From assembly GCA_038214755.1 (NCBI GenBank), contig JBBQRQ010000108.1:1-17146 (forward strand): a stretch of 17,146 bases of DNA, written 5' to 3'. Shown in pieces: positions 9,192-16,472 of the stretch. The stretch is from Verrucomicrobiota bacterium (GTDB lineage Bacteria > Verrucomicrobiota > Verrucomicrobiia > Limisphaerales > CANJXF01). The position numbers were made by a program, and so were the translations under genes. The notes beneath the pieces are model-generated. The model was not told the origin of the DNA. It saw only the letters and a list, made by a program, of their open reading frames with translations, and searched no databases. Position 1 is the stretch's first letter. Each line of letters starts with the position of its first letter.

Positions 9192-9536
9192 TCACGCCGC
9201 CTCCACCAGCAGACTCTGGCTGCGGAGGCGGATTTGATTTTGCTTTTGTAATTGCAACCGCGCGCGCCGCGCTTTTTCTTCCAGCAACGCCGGGAAAAAA
9301 AGCAACGGGAACGAAGTCGTCCACGCCAGAGCTTCGGCGTCATTGGCGGCGCGTCGCAACGGCGCGTCGAGTTCGGCTTGAACAGAGTCGTCGAGCAACC
9401 GCCGTAATAAACGGCTTTTCAATTGCTCGAATTTTTTTTCCTGCTCGGCGCGAAATGGCGGCGCGAATTGCAGCGCCAAATCAAAACGCGTTTCCCGCGC
9501 GAACCGAGTCGGCACTTCCTGTTTTTTCTTTTTCAT
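9192..9536 (-). CDS. Hypothetical protein, basic and alpha-helical, 114 aa
   Basis: ATG at 9536 is preceded by the purine-rich RBS agaaaggaaaa. The sequence is protein-like (LRRAANDAEALAWTTSFPLLFFPALLEEK) and, from memory only, resembles conserved Verrucomicrobia hypotheticals. The 9590 start in the ORF track lies inside the terminator. Confidence 0.75.
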   Translation of the reverse strand: MKKKKQEVPTRFARETRFDLALQFAPPFRAEQEKKFEQLKSRLLRRLLDDSVQAELDAPLRRAANDAEALAWTTSFPLLFFPALLEEKARRARLQLQKQNQIRLRSQSLLVEAA

Positions 9537-9575
9537 TTTTCCTTTCTGATCTGCTTTTTGAAGCAGCAAATTATT

Positions 9576-9614
9576 AAACAAAAAACCCACGATTGACGGG
9601 CAATCGTGGGTTTT
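9576..9614 (-). terminator. Intrinsic terminator in the 5' leader of the 114-aa gene (attenuator candidate)
   Basis: Perfect 14-bp stem aaaacccacgattg (9582-9595) / caatcgtgggtttt (9601-9614). On the minus strand the stem runs into UUUUUUGUUU (9585-9576), about 40 nt upstream of the ATG at 9536. Confidence 0.85.
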
Positions 9615-9635
9615 AAAAATCTTTTGTTGGGTTGG

Positions 9636-9746
9636 TTAGAAGATTCCTGCCACGTTGCCAGAAGCCTGGTGCGAGCGCCAAATCGGCATCACTCCCACGG
9701 CGCATGCGGCGCACAGGCTGACTTTTACTGTGAACGTGTTTTTCAT
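9636..9746 (-). CDS. Putative leader peptide (36 aa, MKNTFTVKVSLCAACAVGVMPIWRSHQASGNVAGIF)
   Basis: Short ORF between a TTGACA promoter box and a terminator. Its Gly-Asn-Val-Ala codons (GGCAACGUGG) are complementary to the terminator's 5' arm and loop. Confidence 0.6.
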   Translation of the reverse strand: MKNTFTVKVSLCAACAVGVMPIWRSHQASGNVAGIF

Positions 9747-9758
9747 CTTCGAGGCAGG

Positions 9759-9787
9759 AAGAAACTCGACCGCGCCTGGATTGTCAA
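9759..9787 (-). promoter_or_regulatory. Candidate sigma70-type promoter for the leader peptide
   Basis: Perfect TTGACA (9787-9782, minus strand), a 17-nt spacer, then only a weak -10 (TTTCTT, 9764-9759), 12 nt before the ATG. Confidence 0.4.
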
Positions 9788-9865
9788 AAGAATTTTTTTC
9801 GGTGCGAAGGCGACGAGGGCGCATCTCACTCAATTGCAGGTTTCAAACCTTCGGAAAGAGGCGGC

Positions 9866-9942
9866 AACGGAACGCCGATCTCCTGATCGGCATTGGAACG
9901 CGCCACATTTTCGGCGAGCCGATCAGGAGATCGCGTTCCGTT
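9866..9942. repeat. REP doublet (GGAACGCCGATCTCCTGATCGGC type)
   Basis: aacggaacgccgatctcctgatcggc (9866-9891) and gccgatcaggagatcgcgttccgtt (9918-9942) are inverted copies differing by one base. The left unit is itself a hairpin (gccgatc-tcct-gatcggc). Confidence 0.8.
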
Positions 9943-10008
9943 ATTTTGCCGGAAATTGAGAGGCGCTCGAAGGCGATGAGGGCGCATCTCACCATCCTGG
10001 AAACAGGA

Positions 10009-10208
10009 TTGTCCCGAAGGGACTTGACGAGAATAGCCCGGCGTTTCAACGCCGGGAAAAGGGGCGCAATTTATAAGTTCCGAAGGGACGGCCGAAATGC
10101 TGAGTGATTGGATGAATTTTCAGCCGTTCCTTCGGAACTAAATCCCTCCCCACATCAAATCCCGACGTTCAAACGCCGGGCTATTATCAAATGTCCCTTT
10201 CGGGACAA
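10009..10208. repeat. ~200-bp nested palindromic REPIN/MITE-like element (GTCCC-GGGAC and CCCGGCGTT-AACGCCGGG hairpins)
   Basis: Ends ttgtcccgaagggac and gtccctttcgggacaa. Internal inverted pairs aatagcccggcgtttcaacgccggg / cccgacgttcaaacgccgggctatt and agttccgaagggacggccgaaa / tttcagccgttccttcggaact. Confidence 0.8.
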
Positions 10209-10265
10209 CTGACCGAATTGATTTCGCAAATGCATTCTCCCTTTGAATTTTTCCGCGTATCAGAC

Positions 10266-10293
10266 TTGAGCGACGGAAGTGGAGTGCTAGTAT
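10266..10293 (+). promoter_or_regulatory. Extended -10 promoter, probably giving a leaderless kinase mRNA
   Basis: TTGAGC (10266-10271), a 16-nt spacer ending in TGc, then TAGTAT (10288-10293). The GTG start lies 7 nt downstream with no SD. Confidence 0.5.
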
Positions 10294-10300
10294 CGCGGCT

Positions 10301-11320
10301 GTGAACGGTGATCCACATGACACGAGCAAGCCGTTGCGAATGGTCAGTTGCGGCGCGTGCAACACCAAAAATTTTATTCCCGGCGATTTGCCGAAGTTCG
10401 AAACCGTCCCCTGCTCCAAGTGCGGACATCCCGTCATGCTGCCAGTGTCACTCCGCCAATTCGAGTTGCGCGAAGTCATCGCGTCCGGCGGCATGGGCAC
10501 GGTTTTCAGCGCGTTCGATGTCAATCTCCAGCGCGAAGTCGCTTTGAAAATGATGAAGCGCGAGATGGCGCAGGATCAGGAAATTTTGGAAAGTTTTTAT
10601 CGCGAAGCCCGCGCCGGCGCATCCTTGAATCACACCAACATCATTCACATTTACACGTTCGACGAATTCGAGGGGCAACCGTATCTCGCCATGGAACTGG
10701 CCAACAATGGCAGTCTTGATTCTCGAATCACCGCCGAGGTACGCCTTCCCGAATACGATGTTCTCAGCACTGGGATCAAAGTCGCTTCCGCTTTGGCCAG
10801 CGCGTTGAAACACAACTTGCTTCATCGCGACATCAAACCGAGCAACATCCTTTTCAACAACGACTCGCCCCCGGAACCGAAACTGATCGATTTCGGTTTG
10901 GCGCGAAAAGCGGAGACCGATGAAGATGTTTCCAGCGAATCCAGCGTTTGGGGGACGCCGTATTACGTGGCGCCGGAAAAAATAAAACGGGAGCGCGAAG
11001 ATTTTCTTTCGGACATGTATAGCCTCGGCGGCACGCTTTATCACGCCTTGACCGGACACGTTCCCTTTGAAGCGCCGACGGTGGAGGATTTGGTTTCCGC
11101 GCATGTCCATACTCCGTTGACGCCGCCAAATCAGGTGGTGCTCGAGATCACCCAAAAAACCAGCGACGCTTTAGTGCGAGCGATGGCAAAGAATCCGGCG
11201 GACCGTTTCCAATCTTACGATGAATTCATCATTGACCTGACGGCAGCGCAAAGCGATTTGCTGGTCAATGAGCAAAAAATTCAAGCCAAAAACAGCGGAA
11301 AAAGTTGGTGGCGTCGTTAA
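10301..11320 (+). CDS. Hanks-type Ser/Thr protein kinase with N-terminal zinc ribbon, 339 aa
   Basis: CGAC...CSKC zinc ribbon; IASGGMGTVF, VALK, HRDIKPSN, DFG, GTPYYVAPE, SDMYSLG catalytic motifs intact; no transmembrane segment. Confidence 0.93.
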   Translation: MNGDPHDTSKPLRMVSCGACNTKNFIPGDLPKFETVPCSKCGHPVMLPVSLRQFELREVIASGGMGTVFSAFDVNLQREVALKMMKREMAQDQEILESFYREARAGASLNHTNIIHIYTFDEFEGQPYLAMELANNGSLDSRITAEVRLPEYDVLSTGIKVASALASALKHNLLHRDIKPSNILFNNDSPPEPKLIDFGLARKAETDEDVSSESSVWGTPYYVAPEKIKREREDFLSDMYSLGGTLYHALTGHVPFEAPTVEDLVSAHVHTPLTPPNQVVLEITQKTSDALVRAMAKNPADRFQSYDEFIIDLTAAQSDLLVNEQKIQAKNSGKSWWRR

Positions 11321-11400
11321 TGGCTTTTCATAGGAGCGCGGAATTGATTCCGCTTCGCCGTGGATCAAACCTGAACCCGACTAAAGAGCTACGGTGAAAA

Positions 11401-11556
11401 TGGGTGGAGCGGGCGACTCGCCCGTTCCGGTCGGCGACTCGCCGACCGGAAGTGAAAGCCATTCAAAGTAAAATAAGGACATCTCCTCCTTCGACGTCCT
11501 CTTTGTTCCGTCCGGCGCGTCGCCGGACGGAACAGGCCAGTGGCCTGTGCTACCCA
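11401..11556. repeat. REPIN-like doublet with GTGG/GTAG feet and tandem hairpins
   Basis: Left tgggtggagcgggcgactcgcccg-ttccggtcggcgactcgccgaccggaa; right ttccgtccggcgcgtcgccggacggaa-caggccagtggcctgtgctaccca (minus strand begins tgggtagcac). Both arms have the same two-hairpin layout in inverted orientation. Confidence 0.8.
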
Positions 11557-11563
11557 GAAAAAT

Positions 11564-11592
11564 AAAAAAAGGCAGGCGTTTGCGCCTGCCTT
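11564..11592 (-). terminator. Intrinsic terminator of the 127-aa gene
   Basis: Stem ggcaggcg (11571-11578) / cgcctgcc (11583-11590) with an A7 run at 11564-11570 (U-tract on the minus strand). Confidence 0.88.
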
Positions 11593-11614
11593 CAATCGTT
11601 GGTTTAAAGACCGC

Positions 11615-11998
11615 TTATTCTTTTTTCTTTTTGCTGGCTTTGACTTCACCTTCAACCTTCGGCCCGATGCGGAGACTGACCGCTTCCATTTTTCCGGCGG
11701 TGGTTTCGCGATACGAGCCGCCCACTTCATCGCCGACTTTGGCGTCGTCGAAAGTTTTTCCGGTTGGCGTGATTTTGGTTTGGGACGTAATGTGGATCGT
11801 TTTCTTTTTTACTTTGCCGATGTTGATGGTTTTGGCGGCCTTGTCGATTTCGTTAATTTTTCCCGAAAAGGTCGTGGGGCGGTCTTTCTTGACCTCGACA
11901 CTGGCCGATTTGTCCTCCGCGCGGAGGTTGATATCGGTGACGGCGGCCACAGCAGTGAGCGCACAGAGTGCGATAATTTTTACGAGATATTTTTTCAT
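11615..11998 (-). CDS. Small Lys-rich exported protein, probable OB-fold (DUF5666-like), 127 aa
   Basis: Signal peptide MKKYLVKIIALCALTAVAA; FSGKINEID...ITSQTKI...AKVGDEVGGSY...AVSLRIG beta pattern; RBS-like aggaaaga upstream; its own terminator downstream. Confidence 0.8.
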   Translation of the reverse strand: MKKYLVKIIALCALTAVAAVTDINLRAEDKSASVEVKKDRPTTFSGKINEIDKAAKTINIGKVKKKTIHITSQTKITPTGKTFDDAKVGDEVGGSYRETTAGKMEAVSLRIGPKVEGEVKASKKKKE

Positions 11999-12109
11999 AT
12001 GTTTTTTTGGATTTCTTTCCTATCGGTGTAACAAAAGTGTTTGGTTTGTAAAGCACCTTCTCCAGCGCAGCCGAAGGACGCGCTCTGACCCCGCGCCAGC
12101 CGAACCAAT

Positions 12110-12208
12110 AGGAGCGCGGACGTTCTTCGTCCGCGGGTTTCCAAGCGGATAAAACCCCAGCGTTTTCGCTTCTTCCGTTTCGCGCGGACGAAGAACGTCC
12201 GCGCTCCT
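12110..12208. repeat. REP doublet (GGAGCGCGGAC type)
   Basis: Perfect 26-bp inverted repeat aggagcgcggacgttcttcgtccgcg (12110-12135) / cgcggacgaagaacgtccgcgctcct (12183-12208). Each unit is itself a hairpin. Confidence 0.85.
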
Positions 12209-12303
12209 TTCGTTTTGGCGGCCCGATCGGAAGGTGCGCTCCGGTCCGATCACAAATTTCAATTGGCTTGTTTTCAATTCGTCTCGTCGCTATCTACAAC
12301 TGC

Positions 12304-13620
12304 ATGAATTACCGAGCCATTGCCTGTGCCGCCGGGTTTCTTTTTCTCAGCGCGTTTTTTCTTTCCGCCGAAAATTGGCCACACTGGCGCGGGCCATCTT
12401 TCAACGGTTCAACAACTGAAAAAAATCTCCCCACCACTTGGAGCAACACGGAAAATGTCCTGTGGAAAACGCCCTTGCCCGGGTCCAGCGGCGCGACACC
12501 CATCATCTGGGACGATCACGTTTTCGTTTCCAGTCCGGACGCGCAGAAAAATTTAAATCTGATTTGCCTCAATCGCCTCGATGGAAAAGTGCGCTGGCAA
12601 AAACAAGTCGCCGTGGGCGATAAAACCATTGGCCGAAATAACATGGCGTCTCCGTCGCCCGTCACTGATGGAAAAATGGTTTTCGCCCTATTCGGCACCG
12701 GCGATCTGGCGGCGTACGATTTTTCGGGCAAAGAACTTTGGTCGCGCAATCTCGGAAAGGATTTTGGGAAATTCGCCATCATGTGGCTCTACGGTTCCAG
12801 CCCCCTGCTCTATCACGGCAAACTTTACATCCAGGTTTTGCAACGTTCACCCCTTCCCGCGGATTACGCCCACGCCATCGATGACAAACCGACGCGCGAA
12901 TCTTATTTGCTCTGCCTCGATCCCATAACGGGAAAAGATTTGTGGCGCCACGTTCGGCCATCCGAAGCCAAAATGGAATCCAAAGAAGCCTATTCATCTC
13001 CCATTCCCTTCGAGGGGAAAAACGGCACGGAGATCATTATTGTCGGAGGCAATTGCACCACCGGACACAATGCGGAAACGGGCGAGGAACTTTGGCGCTG
13101 CGATGGTTTGAACGTGAAGGACGGGCCATGGATGCGTATCGTGCCCTCCCCGGTGACGGGGGCGGAAATGATTTTCGCCTCGGCCCCAAAACGCGAACCC
13201 GTTTTCGCGATCAAATCCGGCGGGAAAGGAAGCATAACGTCCACGCACGTCGCGTGGAAGTTTGACGAATATCCGAGCGATTGCGTCACGCCGTTATTTT
13301 ATCGGGGCAAACTTTTTGTGCTCGATGGGGACAAGCAGATGATGACGTGTCTTGACCCGACGACCGGCAAAAAGTTTTGGCAGGGCAATCTCGGGGTGCG
13401 CGACATCTTTCGCGGCTCACCCACCGGAGCGGATGGGAAAATTTATTGTTACAGCGAACGCGGCACCGTCGTTGTCCTCGATGCGGGAAAGGAATTCAGA
13501 ATTCTTTCGACTATTTCGATGAACGAAGAACCGTGCCGCTCCTCCATCGCCGCCGCGCAGGGAGAGCTTTTCATCCGCACGGCGCAAAACCTTTATTGCA
13601 TCGGAAAAAAAGCGCCATGA
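12304..13620 (+). CDS. PQQ-binding-like beta-propeller repeat protein (BamB-like family), 438 aa
   Basis: Signal peptide then ENWPHWRGP; repeated SPxx...LxCLDxxTGKxLW propeller blades; ends ELFIRTAQNLYCIG. ATG at 12304 chosen over 12268. Confidence 0.9.
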   Translation: MNYRAIACAAGFLFLSAFFLSAENWPHWRGPSFNGSTTEKNLPTTWSNTENVLWKTPLPGSSGATPIIWDDHVFVSSPDAQKNLNLICLNRLDGKVRWQKQVAVGDKTIGRNNMASPSPVTDGKMVFALFGTGDLAAYDFSGKELWSRNLGKDFGKFAIMWLYGSSPLLYHGKLYIQVLQRSPLPADYAHAIDDKPTRESYLLCLDPITGKDLWRHVRPSEAKMESKEAYSSPIPFEGKNGTEIIIVGGNCTTGHNAETGEELWRCDGLNVKDGPWMRIVPSPVTGAEMIFASAPKREPVFAIKSGGKGSITSTHVAWKFDEYPSDCVTPLFYRGKLFVLDGDKQMMTCLDPTTGKKFWQGNLGVRDIFRGSPTGADGKIYCYSERGTVVVLDAGKEFRILSTISMNEEPCRSSIAAAQGELFIRTAQNLYCIGKKAP

Positions 13621-13758
13621 CAGGAGCGCGGAGCGGAGAGACGGCCACGGCGGATTCGATTGCTTCGAGATCATTCTCTACCACCAGCGTAACGTGCCCG
13701 AATAATCAGTGACCCGTGTCTGGCAGAGGAAGGATTCTGCCTGTTCATTTTCCGACGC

Positions 13759-14583
13759 TCAATTGAACGTGCCGGGTGCATACATCGCTTCCCGGACTCG
13801 TTGGAGGTCGCGATCCGAGCGGGAGGCTGGTTGATTGATTCCCTTGAGCGTTCGCGTTTTCCTTTCCATCCATCGCCATCGCTCCGAGTGCCCATCCGCA
13901 AAAGAAAATTGTCCTCCGTTACCATGGCGGCTGGAGACCGTATTCCGCCATTCGGCCGAACCGCCTACCTGGTTGAGGGCGAAGTAACCATCGTCAATGC
14001 TGGTTCCGCTTTCGGAGGAATCATAGGGATCACTTTGCTCGTCCACAAAAAACATCGCTTTCGAGCTGTTAGGATTTTTGATCGAACCGAACTTCAGGTT
14101 CTCCTTCGAATTGGGATGAACAGAGCCTGCTGCCCCGGGGGTGTTCAGTCCCATCATTCCGGACAGCGAGTAGCTACGAACCCGTTGCACGCTCAGTCCT
14201 TTCAACGGCAACTTATCTCCAGGGCATTGATAAATGGCGGGCGACTTGTTGTAAGGAAAGAGCTTGGCCCTTTGAATTTCGGCCACGTTCGTCGCGCCCG
14301 GCAGGCTATCCACTCTTCCGCCAACCCAGGCATTCGTATCGGTGAGCATATTGGGGACGATGCCATCGGCGTTGTCTCCGGCATAAAGGATCGCAGCAAG
14401 AGTGAGTTGCTTCAAATTACTAATGCAACCGATGCCCACCGCCTTCTCCTTCGCCTTGGATAATGCGGGAAGAAGCAACCCCGCCAAAATCGCAATAATG
14501 GCAATCACGACCAGAAGTTCAATGAGCGTGAATCCGCGGGTGGTTGGGGACGCGGGTTGGCGACAGGAGTGGGTGTGGCTCAT
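13759..14583 (-). CDS. Prepilin-type N-terminal cleavage/methylation protein with H-X9-DG motif, 274 aa
   Basis: [53 protein letters not shown]. Start placed at ATG 14583. Confidence 0.92.
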   Translation of the reverse strand: MSHTHSCRQPASPTTRGFTLIELLVVIAIIAILAGLLLPALSKAKEKAVGIGCISNLKQLTLAAILYAGDNADGIVPNMLTDTNAWVGGRVDSLPGATNVAEIQRAKLFPYNKSPAIYQCPGDKLPLKGLSVQRVRSYSLSGMMGLNTPGAAGSVHPNSKENLKFGSIKNPNSSKAMFFVDEQSDPYDSSESGTSIDDGYFALNQVGGSAEWRNTVSSRHGNGGQFSFADGHSERWRWMERKTRTLKGINQPASRSDRDLQRVREAMYAPGTFN

Positions 14584-14799
14584 GTTTTTAATAAAAAGTT
14601 TTTGGGCTTCTTTTATTTTTGCGGATAGCAGCCGGGAGAACAAGTGAAAGCTAGCGGGAATTGCCTCGCTGGTAAAGCATCGAAAAAAGCGCTGCAAGAA
14701 CGCGGTAGTGTTCGTCAATTGACAGTTGGGGGAGATTAAGGCGGGTTAGGTTTGGTAATAAAGTTGGCGGACTTCGGCGCGATGCTCTCTCCCGCAAGC

Positions 14800-14913
14800 C
14801 TGTAACTTTTTCGCCCCCGCCGGATAGTATCGGCATGGGCAACATGACAACGACCTTCCACGAGGCCTGCCGCCGGGATGCGGTGGACGGGTATCGCTTT
14901 ACTTCGCCCGGCT
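14800..14913 (+). repeat. Diverged 114-bp duplicate of the ECF promoter and first ~23 codons
   Basis: ctgtaactttttc, ggata, gcatg, caacgaccttccacga and the YRF codons all recur at an offset of exactly 114 nt. Confidence 0.8.
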
Positions 14914-14914
14914 C

Positions 14915-14942
14915 TGTAACTTTTTCACGCTTTGGGGATACT
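14915..14942 (+). promoter_or_regulatory. ECF-type autoregulatory promoter (TGTAAC-N16-GATACT); second copy at 14801-14828
   Basis: AAC-containing -35 followed by a T-tract, typical of ECF promoters. The ATG lies 6 nt after the -10 box, suggesting a leaderless mRNA. Conserved in both duplicate copies. Confidence 0.6.
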
Positions 14943-14948
14943 GTCAGC

Positions 14949-15452
14949 ATGAACGCGCGGTCAACGACCTTCCACGAACTGTATGTCAAGTATGCAGACG
15001 ACGTGTACCGCTTCGCGCACTGGTTGTCAGGAAATCCCCACGACGCTCGGGACATCACATCGGAGACGTTCGTCCGGGCTTTTACCGGTCCCAATGAACC
15101 CCGGATGGAAACGGTGAAAGCGTACCTGTTCACTATTGCACGCAACCTCCATCGCAAACAATGGCGACGCGCGTCGCGCCACGAGACGCTGGACGAAGGA
15201 ATGCCCGATCCGGCGACCTCGCCCGACAAAGTCGCGGTTAATCGTGATGAGTTCCAGCGGACAATGGCCGCCGTGCATGCCCTGCCGGAAATTGATCGGA
15301 CGGTGCTCCTGCTGCGCGCGGAGGAGGAGTTGTCCTATGAAGATATCTCGGCCGTGACCGGCCTGTCGGTGGCCGCCGCCAAAGTGAGAGTATTCCGCGC
15401 GCGAGCAAAACTCGCCGCTCTGCTAAAACCTGAAACCGGAGAAAAATTATGA
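14949..15452 (+). CDS. ECF-type RNA polymerase sigma factor, 167 aa
   Basis: Region 2 (VYRFA...DARDITSETFVRA...YLFTIARN) and region 4 (LPEIDRTVLLLR...LSYEDIS...GLSVAAAKVRVFRAR). Alternative in-frame start at 14835. Confidence 0.92.
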   Translation: MNARSTTFHELYVKYADDVYRFAHWLSGNPHDARDITSETFVRAFTGPNEPRMETVKAYLFTIARNLHRKQWRRASRHETLDEGMPDPATSPDKVAVNRDEFQRTMAAVHALPEIDRTVLLLRAEEELSYEDISAVTGLSVAAAKVRVFRARAKLAALLKPETGEKL

Positions 15453-15856
15453 ATGTAACCAAGAATGTCATCAACGACCTGTACCCCCTCTACATCGAGA
15501 AGGAATGCAGCGCCGACACGCGGGCGCTGGTGGAGGAGTATCTGCAACGCAATCCGTCACATGCCGAGGAACTGCGACGGGTTATGAGCGCCCCACTTCC
15601 TGGAGTCGTGCCGCCGGAGAAAGACCTTGATGAATCACGATCGCTCCGGGAGGCACGTCGTCTCGTGCGCCGCCGCTCGTGGCTGATGGCCTTCGCCATT
15701 TTCTTTTCGCTGACGCCATTTTCATTCGTCTTCATCGGCGGAGAAACGTGGTGGTTCCTGCGCGATGCCACGGGCAGCGCCCTCGTTTACGCCGCGCTCG
15801 GTGTCGTCTTTTGGATCATCTATGCCGTCGAACGCAAACGTTCCAACAGTCTTTGA
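15449..15856 (+). CDS. Putative membrane-anchored anti-sigma factor (degenerate zf-HC2/ZAS-like N-terminus, two TM helices), 135 aa
   Basis: ATGA overlap with the sigma stop; VINDLYPLYIEKECSADTRALVEEYL matches the anti-sigma N-terminal pattern; two hydrophobic C-terminal segments. Confidence 0.8.
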   Translation: MNVTKNVINDLYPLYIEKECSADTRALVEEYLQRNPSHAEELRRVMSAPLPGVVPPEKDLDESRSLREARRLVRRRSWLMAFAIFFSLTPFSFVFIGGETWWFLRDATGSALVYAALGVVFWIIYAVERKRSNSL

Positions 15857-15885
15857 AACAACCAAACCCATAACCAAAAACATCC

Positions 15886-16404
15886 ATGAAAATGCCATTC
15901 GCTCTTTGTGCCTCCCTCATGCTCGCCGCCACAACGCTCACGAAGTCGGTTTGGGGCGCGATGACCACGAACATGCATCCCCGGGAATCGAAAAGCCGGA
16001 TCATTGTCTCGGACCAGGTCGCCATAACAACGGAATGTTCTTACCAACGGGATGCGCTCCATATCGCGACGGTGATCGCCCCCTTTGATCGCGTCATGGA
16101 GAACACGCTCTCCAACTCGAACCTGGTGGTGGATTTCTCGCAAACCCCGCTCCTGGCCCGCACGCTGCCGCTGCAGCCGGGTGCGGCATTCGAGTTCATG
16201 TCCCTTAATCCGCAGAACAATTCGCTCGTCCCCTTGAAGCTTCGCGTGGTGGGAGAGGACACCGTCCAGAAGATCGCTTGCTACAAGGTTGAGGGGAGCG
16301 ATTTCGAAGGGGAAGCCACCTACTGGATCGAGAAAACGGGGCATCATCGCGCGATACGGATCGAGCAACCGGCCACAGGGAGAATCACGGAGTTGATGCC
16401 GTAA
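15886..16404 (+). CDS. Hypothetical exported protein, C-terminus DUF3108-like, 172 aa
   Basis: Signal-like N-terminus; LARTLPLQPG...VVGEDTV...CYKVE...YWIE beta-rich pattern; 29 nt downstream of the anti-sigma gene. Confidence 0.65.
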   Translation: MKMPFALCASLMLAATTLTKSVWGAMTTNMHPRESKSRIIVSDQVAITTECSYQRDALHIATVIAPFDRVMENTLSNSNLVVDFSQTPLLARTLPLQPGAAFEFMSLNPQNNSLVPLKLRVVGEDTVQKIACYKVEGSDFEGEATYWIEKTGHHRAIRIEQPATGRITELMP

Positions 16405-16472
16405 TGGGAGTGTGTGTCATCCCGTACGGGTCGCCTCCATGCACCGAAACTGTCAATGATTCGAAAGCCTGA

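Noticed and set aside
9014..9577. 187-aa plus-strand ORF
   Set aside because: It is the antisense shadow of the 114-aa gene and starts inside the heptamer palindrome.
9655..10107. ORFs 9655-10107 (+), 9606-9959 (+), 9843-10049 (-) and the 9833 start for the leader ORF
   Set aside because: They run through repeat elements and show no domain features. The 9833 start lies upstream of the TTGACA box, so ATG 9746 is preferred.
12304..13620. Gene symbol bamB, or arnT/gspG/phnB for other genes
   Set aside because: Only family-level similarity is visible. These families are highly paralogous in PVC bacteria, the propeller has no clear lipobox, and orthology cannot be shown from the sequence alone.
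13620..13745. Pseudogene fragment on the minus strand (FGHVTLVVENDLEAIESAVAV) and hairpin ggcaga/tctgcc (13722-13741)
   Set aside because: The fragment is too short, has no start and no recognisable family. The hairpin has only 6 bp and no clear U-tract.
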